From positions 736,001-800,000 of the forward strand of contig OY760686.1 of the NCBI GenBank assembly GCA_963663865.1: DNA of 64,000 nucleotides. The letters run 5' to 3'. The translations under genes and the position numbers were made by a program. Below are positions 1-10,484 of this stretch, piece by piece (position 1 is the first letter of the stretch; each line of letters opens with the position of its first letter). Below the pieces are notes generated by a model. The model was not told the origin of the DNA and made no database searches. It saw only the letters and a list, made by a program, of their open reading frames with translations. The DNA is from Spirochaetota bacterium. GTDB taxonomy: Bacteria; Spirochaetota; UBA4802; UBA5550.

Positions 1-1197
1 TATGTATGTCCACGCAGAATCCCAGAAGTGATAGGTGAAGCTGTAGCCGGTGTTTGATAAGGACCCGAAGTCAACAATATCCCGGTATTCAATAGCGGCA
101 GCGACCACGGTGAGTCCATAGTCGAGCACCTTTGATATCGGAGTAACAGAAAGTATTTCAGTACTGTCGTAAACATCAGGCGGACCAATGTAGACGAAGT
201 CGGCGTGGATTGAACAGTCTGAGTTGACAGTAAAGTAGACTGTGCTGTCCATCGAAGAAACACATCCCGAAAATGCCGAAAGGGCATAATAGGTCTCAGG
301 GACGGCGTCAGCCTGGATCACTGTTCCCTCGGGTATGCTGTCTCCGCTCCTGACCGCGGCCATGGTCACCGTGTTCGTGAGCGAAATGGAACCACCGCTG
401 CCTGACGTTGACGTTACAGTATAGCGTGGGGTCTCGTTAAATACAGCGCCGATAGTCATGTCATCGGTTATCGTTATGTTTAGAGGGTCAGAGGTCCCGG
501 AAATATCGCCGGTCCATTCAGAGAATGCGTAACCGTAATTGGGCGACGCGTAAATGGTAACGCTGTCATTCAGAACATAAGGCCCCTGGGGATACATGTA
601 TATATTTCCGGATGGATTTTCCTCGGCATTTATATACAGCGCTTCTGAAAATACAGCGCTAACAGTCTTGTTGGAGTTCATGGTTATGTTCATGGATGTG
701 TATCTTCCGCTCAGGTCGCCGATCCATGAATCAAGAATGTAATCCGGGTCGGCTATTGCGGTAACAGTGACGATTTCTCCGTCAAGGTACTCTGCCTTGT
801 GTGGACTGAGCTCAATCCTGCCGAAGTCCGGCTCGGTTACAGTCAGAGTGTAAGCCGTCGATGTCACCGGGCGGAATATGGCTCCAATATACTTGTCGGA
901 ATCAAGCTCTAAAACCAGAGGAGATGTGCCTCCTACCGAATCGCCTATCCAGCTGCTGAAAACATATCCGTCTGCGGGGGTGGCTGATAGAACAAGCTGT
1001 GTTCCGGGCCGGTACATGCGGTTGCCGGATTCGGGACTTACTTCAACAGCTCCATTAACGCTATCCTCAAGATACAGCGTGTACTTTCCGGTTATCTCCG
1101 GAAGCGTTGAACCTGAATCGGAAACAGCGTCTTTACACGATACCGCGAACGAACACGCAAGGGCTATCAAGGCAGCAGTAAACATTTTCTTTGACAT
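1..1197 (-). CDS. Lipoprotein with tandem InlB B-repeat-like (Flg_new-type) domains; runs off the window at its 3' end
   Basis: Not in the ORF track. Manual translation from ATG at 1197: MSKKMFTAALIALACSFAVSC (lipobox), then repeated units such as TLYLE...LSATPADGYVFSSWIGD, TVTAIADPDYILDSWIGD and TIYASPNYGYAFSEWTGD. Frame stays open to base 1. Confidence 0.8.
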   Translation of the reverse strand, partial: MSKKMFTAALIALACSFAVSCKDAVSDSGSTLPEITGKYTLYLEDSVNGAVEVSPESGNRMYRPGTQLVLSATPADGYVFSSWIGDSVGGTSPLVLELDSDKYIGAIFRPVTSTAYTLTVTEPDFGRIELSPHKAEYLDGEIVTVTAIADPDYILDSWIGDLSGRYTSMNITMNSNKTVSAVFSEALYINAEENPSGNIYMYPQGPYVLNDSVTIYASPNYGYAFSEWTGDISGTSDPLNITITDDMTIGAVFNETPRYTVTSTSGSGGSISLTNTVTMAAVRSGDSIPEGTVIQADAVPETYYALSAFSGCVSSMDSTVYFTVNSDCSIHADFVYIGPPDVYDSTEILSVTPISKVLDYGLTVVAAAIEYRDIVDFGSLSNTGYSFTYHFWDSAWTYI

Positions 1198-1406
1198 GAA
1201 ATCATCCTGTCATTATGGGATGTAGCTATTATACAAAAAATCGGCACAATCGTCATTATGATTATAAAATAATTCATTTTTAGTCAGCTTCTGCTGTTAG
1301 CAGATTTTTTTGCGGGGGGATGATGACCGTTACAATCAGGATAAATGCGTTGACATGTGAACTCTCTGCGGTTTCTGAACTTATCAAGAAACGAGGTACT
1401 GGACTC

Positions 1407-2282
1407 ATGACGATTACTATAGGCACAACAGAAAATAACCTGCTTCTCAAAAGGGCGAAATACGCCGCCTCACAGCTTGAGGATAGCAGGGTTGAAGTAA
1501 TAGAATCACCTTCGGATATCGGGCATAATGATCTTCAACCGCTTTCTGAAGTCAATTTCCTGAGGAAACAGCTGCACGGAGGTGCCTTCGATGTGGCAGC
1601 CGTCCCTGTGAATATGCTTCCTGTTGATGAACTGCCGGGCCTCGTCATCGGGGCGGTTCTGAAGCGGGAGGACCCCGCGGATATGCTTGTTATCAGAAAG
1701 GACAGACTGGCCATTGACGGGCCGTTTCGTCTGCTTGATGGCGCAGCTGTCTGTACGTGCTCACGGAGGTGCGCTGCCCAGCTGAGGTTCAACCGCCCCG
1801 ATGTCGAGGCCGTTATTGCTGAAGCTGGTATTGCCGAAAGGTTTGAGCGGCTGCGTGCGGGAGAGTATGACGCGCTTATGCTGCCTGTGTCAGATGCCTC
1901 TATCTTTGAGATCGACTACAGCGGTCTTGAGCAGGTCCGCCTGGACCCGTTCATGTTTCCGCCGTCGCCGGGGCAGGGAGCGGTTGCTCTTCTGGTGAAG
2001 TACTTCGACCGGGCGCTGCTGAGGAGGCTGCTGCCGGCAATCAACGCGGAAGCCACCGCACAGGTTTCAGCGGAAAGGGCATTTCTGCAGGAGTTGGGCG
2101 CCGGCTGCGCCGCCGAAGCGGGAGCTTATGCGGTTTTGAACTCAGAGGGATTAACGATAACCGGAATGCTGACGCTCCCGGACGGAAGCACGGCGCTTCA
2201 TGAATCGGTAACAGGCTCACATCCTTCAGATACGGGACGCGGGCTGGCAGTCATGATGAAGCAGAGAGCGGACTTTCTGTAA
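1407..2282 (+). CDS. hemC: Hydroxymethylbilane synthase (HemC)-like protein with degenerate active site
   Basis: Retains KREDP, PSPGQGA, AER and LGAGC (cofactor Cys). Canonical GTR, GKGLF, AVHSxKD and RGN are replaced by GTT, nothing, AAVPVNM and EAG. ATG 1407 follows GAGG. Confidence 0.75.
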   Translation: MTITIGTTENNLLLKRAKYAASQLEDSRVEVIESPSDIGHNDLQPLSEVNFLRKQLHGGAFDVAAVPVNMLPVDELPGLVIGAVLKREDPADMLVIRKDRLAIDGPFRLLDGAAVCTCSRRCAAQLRFNRPDVEAVIAEAGIAERFERLRAGEYDALMLPVSDASIFEIDYSGLEQVRLDPFMFPPSPGQGAVALLVKYFDRALLRRLLPAINAEATAQVSAERAFLQELGAGCAAEAGAYAVLNSEGLTITGMLTLPDGSTALHESVTGSHPSDTGRGLAVMMKQRADFL

Positions 2283-2321
2283 CAAGCTGCTTGAGCGCAT
2301 TCTGTGAAATACTGAACGGAC

Positions 2322-3473
2322 TTATTTGCCGCTTCTTCGCCTGCGCAGTTCCCTTGGTGTTGTTTTGAACTCTGCCCTGAAGGCCCTGTTGAATGTGCTG
2401 ATGTTGTCGAAGCCGACCTCAAGAGCTATATGGGTTATTGTGCTGTCTGTTTCATCCAGCAGTTTTTTTGCTTCGGTAATCCGCAGGCGGTTGATGTACT
2501 CGTTGAGCTTATAGCCCGTGTGATGCTTGAAATATCTTCCGAAGTTGTCGGCGTTCAGACCGATATGCGACGCGAGCCCCTCCCGTGATATGTTGCGGGA
2601 GTAGTTTTCTTTGATGTACTCAATGGCCAGATTGATTTTTGTTTCTGTTGCTGTTGATATCTGTACAGAGTTACGGATGTTTCTGTCGCGTGATTTCAAA
2701 AGGATCCAGTTGAGCGTGATTAGCATCAGGACAAAAAGCAGAGAGTCTGCAGCGGCGGTGATGTAGAATCTGAATTTTGCTGCTAAGGTTTCATAGTCAG
2801 ACAAAACCAGATTTACGTAACCTGTGAGCCTTCCTTCGTACCTGATTTCCCGCGTTACCTTGCCGGCTTCTTTTACCGGCATAATGTAATCTCTGGTTTT
2901 TTTTGCTACAGGAGTTCCTTTTTCGGTTGTGATCTCAATGCTGCTTATGGATCTGTCGTTGAAAAATACCGATATGTTGTTTCTGATCTCATCGATATTA
3001 AAAAGCCAGAGGGCCATGGAGTTCTCAGAGGCGATTGAGTCAGCCAGCGAGACAGCCTTCTCCAGAAGAATCGTGTCAGGCACTGTGATTTCGAAATCAA
3101 ATCCGACTGTATGAAGGGCGCCTATTCTGGAGCTGACGGCTATATGTGGAGTGTTTTCTGAAAAGTCTCCCTGCTGGAAGACCGTGTTGCCCGCAATATC
3201 CGAGATCCTTATTGATAATATCTCCCCATTGTGGATATATGGGTGAGAGGCTTCTTTGAAAAAATCGGGTGAGGAGTGGTTCAGCTCAATATTTGCGCTC
3301 AGAGATATTGTAAGGTTTCTTAATACCCTTTGTGCGTCCTTTCTCAGCGGTTCCGAGGCTGACTGGATATCCCTGTAGCTTCTGTAAATAATCAACCCTG
3401 AAGGCAGGCTGTAAAGCAGCGTGAAAAGCAATAATACGTAAATCCTTTTTGCTTTAAATGATACTGTCATCAT
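2322..3473 (-). CDS. Membrane-anchored AraC-family regulator with extracytoplasmic sensor region
   Basis: N-terminal TM, about 200-aa soluble region, second TM, then AraC HTH (YINRLRITEAKKLL...IALEVGFDNISTFNRAF). Confidence 0.9.
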   Translation of the reverse strand: MMTVSFKAKRIYVLLLFTLLYSLPSGLIIYRSYRDIQSASEPLRKDAQRVLRNLTISLSANIELNHSSPDFFKEASHPYIHNGEILSIRISDIAGNTVFQQGDFSENTPHIAVSSRIGALHTVGFDFEITVPDTILLEKAVSLADSIASENSMALWLFNIDEIRNNISVFFNDRSISSIEITTEKGTPVAKKTRDYIMPVKEAGKVTREIRYEGRLTGYVNLVLSDYETLAAKFRFYITAAADSLLFVLMLITLNWILLKSRDRNIRNSVQISTATETKINLAIEYIKENYSRNISREGLASHIGLNADNFGRYFKHHTGYKLNEYINRLRITEAKKLLDETDSTITHIALEVGFDNISTFNRAFRAEFKTTPRELRRRRSGK

Positions 3474-4663
3474 TCCCTGTTCCGATAATTGTTGAGATCA
3501 GCGCCTTTTTTTTGCCCTGTTTGTGAAATAAAGGTTCTGGAATCAAAGCTGTATGATTTCATTTCAGGATTATGCGTCCTAGTCATAAAAGGTATAATTC
3601 TTCTCAGGTTTTCAGTGTCGTGAACCGCTGTGGCATCTTTATCATCCTGAGTCAGCACAGACATTTTTGTCCGAAATGATACTCCCTCAGAGCTGAAATC
3701 TTTTCCATTAAGAAAGTCGTAAAGCAGTATGATTGCCCTTGCTCCATCGTAGCAGTGACCGCCGGCGGTGGCGTGTATCTCTCCGTTTTGCATCGAATGT
3801 ATCGCCCATGGGGACCAGTCAATACCTCCGATTATCAACTTGCCGATGCCCTTGTCAGTTTTTTTAAGAGCTTCAACAACTCCCTTTGCTATTGAATCTG
3901 AGGAACACCAGACGATGTCGGCATCAGGATATCTGTCATTAAATATCAGGGCCGCCTTTTCCGAGGCGGTTGCCGGGTTGTAATGACGCACTGGAAATAT
4001 CTGCTGAATGATAGAGTTGCCGTCTTCCATGACGGCCTTTTTCAGGCCTTCGATTCGAGTCAGTGATGCTGGATCGTACAGGCTGGCAGAAAGACCGACT
4101 ATTTTGAGTTTGCCTTTCTTCTCTTTTCTGGCCTGTCTGATAAGTTCCGATGCCAGCAAGTAGCCGCTGGAGCTGTCGTCGGGTATAACCTGTCCAATAT
4201 AGTATGGTGTTTCGCCCGGTTTTCCAATGCCGTCCATTGTATTGTGAAAGCTTATCAGCGGGATATTATTGTTCAGTACATGTCTGATAAGAAATCTGCT
4301 CATCCTGCTCAATGTTTGAGCTTTTAGACCAAAAGGGAGTATGAGAATTCCATCGGGTCTGCTTGTTTTGATTTTGTCTTCTATCTCTCTTGTGGTTTCA
4401 GGATCGTCAAAATTGTACACAATCTCATCAAGCCGGATATCAAGGGCGGATGCGGCTGTTTTGGTGTAGTCTATGAGTTTGTAAGTAAAGAACGGCCCCA
4501 GGGGGTTCATCCTTGACAGACTGCTGACCATCAGCAGTACCCTGAAGCGACCGTTCCCGGTATTAGCATGGTCCTTTTCTCCTTCCGGGGCTTTTTTACA
4601 GGCAGCAGCCAGAAAAACAGAAACGGATAATAAAGCGGCTACTATTCTACGGCTATTTCTCAT
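3470..4663 (-). CDS. Sugar-type periplasmic binding lipoprotein (Peripla_BP_4-like)
   Basis: Lipobox FLAAC; motifs YIGQVIPDD, IVWCSSD, GGIDW, ATAGGH. Overlaps the AraC start by 4 nt. Confidence 0.85.
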   Translation of the reverse strand: MRNSRRIVAALLSVSVFLAAACKKAPEGEKDHANTGNGRFRVLLMVSSLSRMNPLGPFFTYKLIDYTKTAASALDIRLDEIVYNFDDPETTREIEDKIKTSRPDGILILPFGLKAQTLSRMSRFLIRHVLNNNIPLISFHNTMDGIGKPGETPYYIGQVIPDDSSSGYLLASELIRQARKEKKGKLKIVGLSASLYDPASLTRIEGLKKAVMEDGNSIIQQIFPVRHYNPATASEKAALIFNDRYPDADIVWCSSDSIAKGVVEALKKTDKGIGKLIIGGIDWSPWAIHSMQNGEIHATAGGHCYDGARAIILLYDFLNGKDFSSEGVSFRTKMSVLTQDDKDATAVHDTENLRRIIPFMTRTHNPEMKSYSFDSRTFISQTGQKKGADLNNYRNRE

Positions 4664-5176
4664 ATTCCCATACTTCTAAAACACCCTGTCAACGATGTCA
4701 ATTCACATTCCCCTCTTCGATATTTTAGAAAACTCGGCGGGACGGCTTTAAAGCACAGAACAGCCCCCCGTCAATGCCGGGAGATGCGGCAACCCTGGAA
4801 AACTCAAGAGGTTAGAGTTTTTCACGAGAGATTGTCTTGAACATGGATTCGCCAGTCCTGATGAGCACAGGATAATAGCAGTTGAGAATCTCATGTCAAA
4901 CAATAATATTCTTATCTCGTTATTGAGAACGGTAAATATCTTGCGCAAGAATTTCATTATAATGGAAAACTTGCCTGCAATACTATCATTTGTAAACAGC
5001 TCAAAGCTCCGTATATAAAGGGCTCAATCAGAGGTACAGAAGCCTCTGATCATTCGGATTAGAGGCCGTGTTTTGGAGGAATTCACTCGGATGAGAGGTT
5101 GACTCAAATCGCTCTTTCCGTTTGATTCCCGAAATACTCTCTCAGTTCAGAATAACATTCAAACAAATTTAGGAGG

Positions 5177-7309
5177 ATGGATTTTATGAGAAAAATTCCA
5201 TTAACGCTGTTTGTTGCCCTTTTCTCAGCATTTAGCTTTTTTGCCTGTGGAGATGAGGTAACGAAGAACTATTACCAGTCATCGGATGATGTTGACGATA
5301 CAGCGGATTATGACCCTTACGTGTCACCTGTTTACGAGGAAAGCAACCCGCCGGCCATTCAGAACCGTGTGCACACGCCAATAACAGACGACGGGCTTAC
5401 GTTTAACGATGCCAGCGGCGACGGTGAACTGCAGCCATATGAGGACTGGAGGCTTTCACCGGCTGATCGTGCCGCGGACCTTGTAGCGAGGCTCGATTTG
5501 CCCATGAAGCTGGGAATGCTGAGTTCTCCGGGGCACTCGGCGGTTACTGCCGACGGAAGTCTCTCGGAGACTGATGCCGACTACATATCGATCACGCAGG
5601 ATAATCTCAGATACGGCCTGATACGGATGAGCGGAAAGGTTACGAATGTCGCGAAGTATCATTCAAATATTCAGCAGCTGTGTCAAAGCCTTCCCTGGGG
5701 AATCCCATACATTGTGAGCGCTGACCAGTCACATGGTGGAGCTTATTATTATACTCAGGGAACATATTTTTCCCTCTGGCCGACGCATCTTGCTTTTTCG
5801 GCTATGAACGATCCTGAGACTACACGGAAATACGCTGAGATAATCAGAGAGGAGTACAGAGCTGTCGGTATCAATATGTCGCTCTATCCTACACTTGACG
5901 TGGCTACAGAGCCGAGGTGGGGAAGGGTCAGGGAGTCCTTCGGCTCAAGCTTTGACCTGACAGCCATTCACGGCGTGGAGTTCATAAAGGGGCTTCAGGG
6001 CGGTGACCGACTTGTTCCAGGAGGCGTTATCACCTGCGTTAAGCACTTCGTGGGATACGGAGCAAGCCAGGACGGCTATGATGGACACTATTTCATGGGG
6101 AACCGGGCCGTATTTCCCGGCGATAACTTTGATGCGCATAAAATACCATTTGAGGCGGCTTTCAGAAAGGCAAACGCTGCGGCGTGTATGCCGTGCTACC
6201 CTATACTTGAAGGGCAGACCGATGAAGAGGTCTCAGCAGGTTTCAGCAGGGAGCTGCTGACCGATGTCGCGAGAGGAGAGCTCGGTTTTACCGGTTTCTT
6301 CACCGCGGATTGGGGAATATACAATAGTGAGTCTGGTTTCGGAACAGAGGGAATGAGCGTTACTCAGAGAGTTGCCAAGTCAATGAATGCCGGGATGGAC
6401 CAGCTTGGAAACGCCGTCTTTGCCTCTAATGTAATGGAGGCCCTTGCGCTGGGCGATTTGACAGAGGAGAGGATAAACCTTTCGGTGGAACGTATATTCA
6501 AAGCCATGTTCGCGGCCGGGCTTTTCGAAGACCCGTATCCGGTTACACCCGAGTCGGACACTGTATTCATCGCCAGAAGCTCCGAGCACTGGACGACTGC
6601 CCTTGATGTAATGCGAAAATCCTTCGTCCTGCTTGAGAACGGTACTTATGACTCTCCGGTTCTCCCGGCTCAGACTGGTCAGAAGATTTACTTTAAAGGG
6701 ATTGTCCAGGACGGAACAAGTGCGAACATTATCGATCAGGTTGAGGATATGCTTGGAGCGACGCTTGTTACGAATGTTGAAGAAGCCGATGTGGCAATAA
6801 TTAGGATAACCGGGCCTTCATATTCATGGTATCCTGGCCGTGACGGAAATCAGTACTATTATCCTTCAAGCGGGTCGTTGAAGTTCTTCGACGAAGAGGC
6901 TGACAGTGATTACGGTGTGAGCGGTGTATCGTTTACTGACAGGGACGGTACGGTTTATCCCAACGCTGAGGTTTCATCGAACTACGACAGCACTATCGGC
7001 CGGGTTTACGCGGCAAGAGACGCCATAGAGGCGGCTGGAAGCTCGACTAAGCTGGTTGTTGTCCTGACATTCAGCAAGGCCTGGATTGTTGAAGAGATAC
7101 TTCCAGAGGCTGATGCTATAATAGGAGACTTCGGCTCATCTGACGAAGCGCTTCTTGATGTATGCTTCAAGGCAAACGGCGCTGAATTTACCGCCGGGCT
7201 TCCTTTTGCTATATCAAGGTCCAATAAGGCCATTGAAATCCAGTACGAAGATCTCTCAGACGATGATAATGATCCACGCTATAAAAGGGGATACGGCCTG
7301 ACTTACTGA
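5177..7309 (+). CDS. Glycoside hydrolase family 3 (beta-glucosidase-like) lipoprotein
   Basis: Lipobox FFAC; PRWGRVRESFG, CVKHFVGYG, FFTADWG (nucleophile Asp), C-terminal YKRGYGLTY. AGGAGG RBS. Confidence 0.92.
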   Translation: MDFMRKIPLTLFVALFSAFSFFACGDEVTKNYYQSSDDVDDTADYDPYVSPVYEESNPPAIQNRVHTPITDDGLTFNDASGDGELQPYEDWRLSPADRAADLVARLDLPMKLGMLSSPGHSAVTADGSLSETDADYISITQDNLRYGLIRMSGKVTNVAKYHSNIQQLCQSLPWGIPYIVSADQSHGGAYYYTQGTYFSLWPTHLAFSAMNDPETTRKYAEIIREEYRAVGINMSLYPTLDVATEPRWGRVRESFGSSFDLTAIHGVEFIKGLQGGDRLVPGGVITCVKHFVGYGASQDGYDGHYFMGNRAVFPGDNFDAHKIPFEAAFRKANAAACMPCYPILEGQTDEEVSAGFSRELLTDVARGELGFTGFFTADWGIYNSESGFGTEGMSVTQRVAKSMNAGMDQLGNAVFASNVMEALALGDLTEERINLSVERIFKAMFAAGLFEDPYPVTPESDTVFIARSSEHWTTALDVMRKSFVLLENGTYDSPVLPAQTGQKIYFKGIVQDGTSANIIDQVEDMLGATLVTNVEEADVAIIRITGPSYSWYPGRDGNQYYYPSSGSLKFFDEEADSDYGVSGVSFTDRDGTVYPNAEVSSNYDSTIGRVYAARDAIEAAGSSTKLVVVLTFSKAWIVEEILPEADAIIGDFGSSDEALLDVCFKANGAEFTAGLPFAISRSNKAIEIQYEDLSDDDNDPRYKRGYGLTY

Positions 7310-7354
7310 CAATTTCTCTTTTTCTTAATATAATGCAGGTGTTGAATTGTGTAA

Positions 7355-7384
7355 GGCGGCTGTCCCGACAGGGCGGCCGCTTTC
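7355..7384 (+). terminator. Probable intrinsic terminator after the GH3 gene
   Basis: GC-rich stem GCGGCTGTCC...GGGCGGCCGC followed by a short T run. Confidence 0.5.
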
Positions 7385-7739
7385 GCGAATTGCTGCTTTT
7401 CCACGGGGCATGTTCGCCGGCATTAATATATTTTGTTTCGTTCTAAAACAACTTATCACCTGAGTTTATGTAGCTGACAATGACAGCTCAGTGATTCCTT
7501 GTGTTCATATCCCCCCATATAATAAAGCTAATAAAAATCATATAAGCAGGTGACGGACTAGAACCCGTAAATTCAGGGCTGGTGCGATGGCATGAATTGT
7601 GTACAAAATATTAATACGGCTGACGATTTAAGATTTGACTGGATTTATATCGTTTGTAAAAATTAGTATATAGATACATTAATATATACTCATTGCCGCT
7701 GATATCCTGCCGGTGCCGGGCAATGAAGCGGAGCAGACT

Positions 7740-9650
7740 ATGAAGCTGATGAATTTCAAGTGGAAGAACAGGTCTATTCGTGTAAGTCTGTTCTTTCTTT
7801 TCATTGTCTTTGGTATCATGATCGGAGCGGCATTTTTTCTAATTATTGCGAATAATACTATCGGGAATTTGAAAGCGCAGGTCAGGCAGGCGGTTGTTCT
7901 TGAGACAGACCTTGTCACTACTAAGGTAAACGACTATTTCAGCAAAATCAGGCAGAGCATTGAATACCTGTCCGGAAACCGGCTCCTTTACAGAGAAAGG
8001 CTGAGCGAAGGGGACGTAAAACTAATTACCGGCAGGCTTGAAGCTGTTCGCTCCGCCTACGGTTTTATGTTTGTCTATTACGGGAGGAAGGACCGTCCTC
8101 AGGCGATAAACTACCCGTCGCCTAAGGGATACGATGCCCGAAAGCGGGACTGGTTCACCGGGGCGGAAAAGAAAGGGCATCTTCATGTCAGCGAGCCTTA
8201 TAGCGATGCTGCGACGGGAGAGCAGGTCTCTACTGTATCGCTGCCGCTCTATAACGATGGGCGCATTGTCGGAGTTCTCGCAGTGGACGTGTCGCTGAAG
8301 GACATTGTTGACATTGTATTTGAAGAAAGCGGTCTGTTCAGTTCGACTGTTAATATGATTCTGTCGGATGAGGGCAGGGTCCTGATAACGGGTAACGGCA
8401 GGTATAAGGACAGAGCCTTTGATTTTCCGGCACTCAGAAAAGCCCAGGATGCATCTTCTATCATCTTTTCAGCGAAAGACAGAATTGGAGCTGTAAGAAA
8501 AAGCGCTGAAACATCGTTTTATATCGTTTCATCTGTGAACCGTATGGAGATATATCGGCCCGCAATAATTGCGCTAATGCAGATTACAGCGGCGATAGTC
8601 GTTATCCTCGGACTGTTTATTTACATTATGAACAGAATTCTTGCAAGGCTTGTTGTGTCCCCCATCATAGAGATATCGAAGGACATGGGTAAAATCAAGT
8701 CACTGGATTTTGACGGGAAGCTTAATCTTGACTGCCGCTGTCTGGAGATTTCAGTAATAAACGAATCGCTCGACAATATGAAGAAGGGACTCAAGTCGTT
8801 CGGCAAATATGTCCCGACAGACCTCGTCGATCAGCTGATGCAGCAGTCTTCGGAGGCCGTTCTGGGTGCAGAGAGGAAGATGCTTACCCTGTTTTTTACC
8901 GATATTGCGGATTTCACTTCAATATCCGAAAAACTTGGGCCTGAAAATCTTTCTGACAGAATGAGCGCTTATCTGGGCAACATGACGAATATACTCCAGA
9001 TGTGCAACGGTACGGTGGATAAATATGTCGGCGACGCGATAATGTGCTTCTGGGGCGCTCCAATGGAGGAAAGCCAGCACGCCTATCTTGCCTGCAGGGC
9101 GGCCCTTGAATGTCAGTCCTTTCTCGCGCAGTTCAACGGAAGTGCAACAGACATCCCGTTCATTACCAGAATCGGCATCAATACCGGCGAGGCCATCGTG
9201 GGCAATTTCGGTTTTGAAAGGCGGATGTCATACACGGCCCTGGGCGATACTGTGAATTGCGCATCGCGAATTGAAGGGTTGAACAAGTATTACGGAACTT
9301 CCATCCTGGTCAGTGAGTCAACAAAGTCCCTGACGGAGGAATTCTTTGTATTCAGAACGCTTGACAGGGTGGTTGTCAAAGGAAAGTCGACCGGGGTTAA
9401 GATATATGAACTGGTTGGATATAAAGGCGGTCTTTCTCCGCAGCATCAGGCCTTTATTGACGGATTCAATGAGGCGATGGAAGCTTACTATAACCGTGAC
9501 TGGGAGGGCTGCTATAGAATTCTTTCTGGAATACGGGGACGGGAATCGTCCGACAGACCGCTTGAGATAATGCTTAAACGGGCAGCCGGACTCATTAAAA
9601 ATCCGCCATCCAAAAACTTTGTGGGAACTGTCTACATGCGCGGCAAGTAG
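7740..9650 (+). CDS. Class III adenylate cyclase with dCache and HAMP-like domains
   Basis: TM, YDARKRDWF...SEPYSD (dCache), TM; catalytic FFTDIADFT, VDKYVGDAIM, YTALGDTVNCASRIEG. Confidence 0.92.
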   Translation: MKLMNFKWKNRSIRVSLFFLFIVFGIMIGAAFFLIIANNTIGNLKAQVRQAVVLETDLVTTKVNDYFSKIRQSIEYLSGNRLLYRERLSEGDVKLITGRLEAVRSAYGFMFVYYGRKDRPQAINYPSPKGYDARKRDWFTGAEKKGHLHVSEPYSDAATGEQVSTVSLPLYNDGRIVGVLAVDVSLKDIVDIVFEESGLFSSTVNMILSDEGRVLITGNGRYKDRAFDFPALRKAQDASSIIFSAKDRIGAVRKSAETSFYIVSSVNRMEIYRPAIIALMQITAAIVVILGLFIYIMNRILARLVVSPIIEISKDMGKIKSLDFDGKLNLDCRCLEISVINESLDNMKKGLKSFGKYVPTDLVDQLMQQSSEAVLGAERKMLTLFFTDIADFTSISEKLGPENLSDRMSAYLGNMTNILQMCNGTVDKYVGDAIMCFWGAPMEESQHAYLACRAALECQSFLAQFNGSATDIPFITRIGINTGEAIVGNFGFERRMSYTALGDTVNCASRIEGLNKYYGTSILVSESTKSLTEEFFVFRTLDRVVVKGKSTGVKIYELVGYKGGLSPQHQAFIDGFNEAMEAYYNRDWEGCYRILSGIRGRESSDRPLEIMLKRAAGLIKNPPSKNFVGTVYMRGK

Positions 9651-9661
9651 GCAGTACTCGT

Positions 9662-10483
9662 CTATTTGAATTCGTTAAAGTAAACAGAAAGGATCAGAAA
9701 TATCTCATCCTCGCCTATTTCGTAACCCTTTTCTTTCAGGGCTTTGGCCAGCTGTTCCTTTTTAAGCGACGGGTCGCTTTTCTTTAACGAGATTACTTCA
9801 TCAATCGCCTTTTTGTCGATCGGGTAAACGCCCCAGAGAAAGCCTTCGTTGTGGAGTGTCATGACCGCGTAGCGTAGCTTTTCATTTTCGTGTTTCAGCC
9901 TGGCATAGGAACTTTCAAGCTCATCAAGTTTGCGCAAAAAGTATTCGGGATCGCGTTTTCGCATATAGTCACGTGGATGGTTATAAGCATCTTTAAGTTT
10001 TCCAGTGAGCTCATTTTCATCAATGAATACTCCGTTTACTCTGACAAAAATACCGTCCTTCATGATGCGGAAGTTGTACTCCAGAGAGTCGCTTTGCTGG
10101 AAGAGCATCCCTGCCGGCATATAATCTGAAGTCGGCTCTGTTATGCCCTCGAATGACTCGGGGATGAGTATCACATCAATGATATTTCCCGAGACCCTGA
10201 AGTTGAGTGTCGAGGCCTTGATTGACTTAAAGGCGTATAGCTTTTCAAACAATATGGATACGGACCTGGCTGTTTCTTCAGTGACTTCACCTTTGTAGCG
10301 GAGAGTCAATGTTCTTCCCTTCTCGTCGGTCAGTTTTGCGATGGTTTCCTGAGCCAACTCATCGAAACTCTTGCTTTCATCCGAAGCGCCCGCGGGTTTC
10401 AGGTTGAATCGGGCCCAGTCAAACGCGAAGGCTGAAAGCGGAGCGCTTAAAATCAGTGTGAATATTATTATTCTTGAGAACAT
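9662..10483 (-). CDS. Hypothetical exported protein with C-terminal coiled coil
   Basis: 273-aa ORF with signal peptide (APLSAFA); start lies 1 nt from the upstream gene's stop. Confidence 0.8.
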   Translation of the reverse strand: MFSRIIIFTLILSAPLSAFAFDWARFNLKPAGASDESKSFDELAQETIAKLTDEKGRTLTLRYKGEVTEETARSVSILFEKLYAFKSIKASTLNFRVSGNIIDVILIPESFEGITEPTSDYMPAGMLFQQSDSLEYNFRIMKDGIFVRVNGVFIDENELTGKLKDAYNHPRDYMRKRDPEYFLRKLDELESSYARLKHENEKLRYAVMTLHNEGFLWGVYPIDKKAIDEVISLKKSDPSLKKEQLAKALKEKGYEIGEDEIFLILSVYFNEFK

Positions 10484-10484
10484 G

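Noticed and set aside
878-1225. 115-aa plus-strand ORF
   Set aside because: Antisense shadow of the minus-strand lipoprotein at 1..1197.
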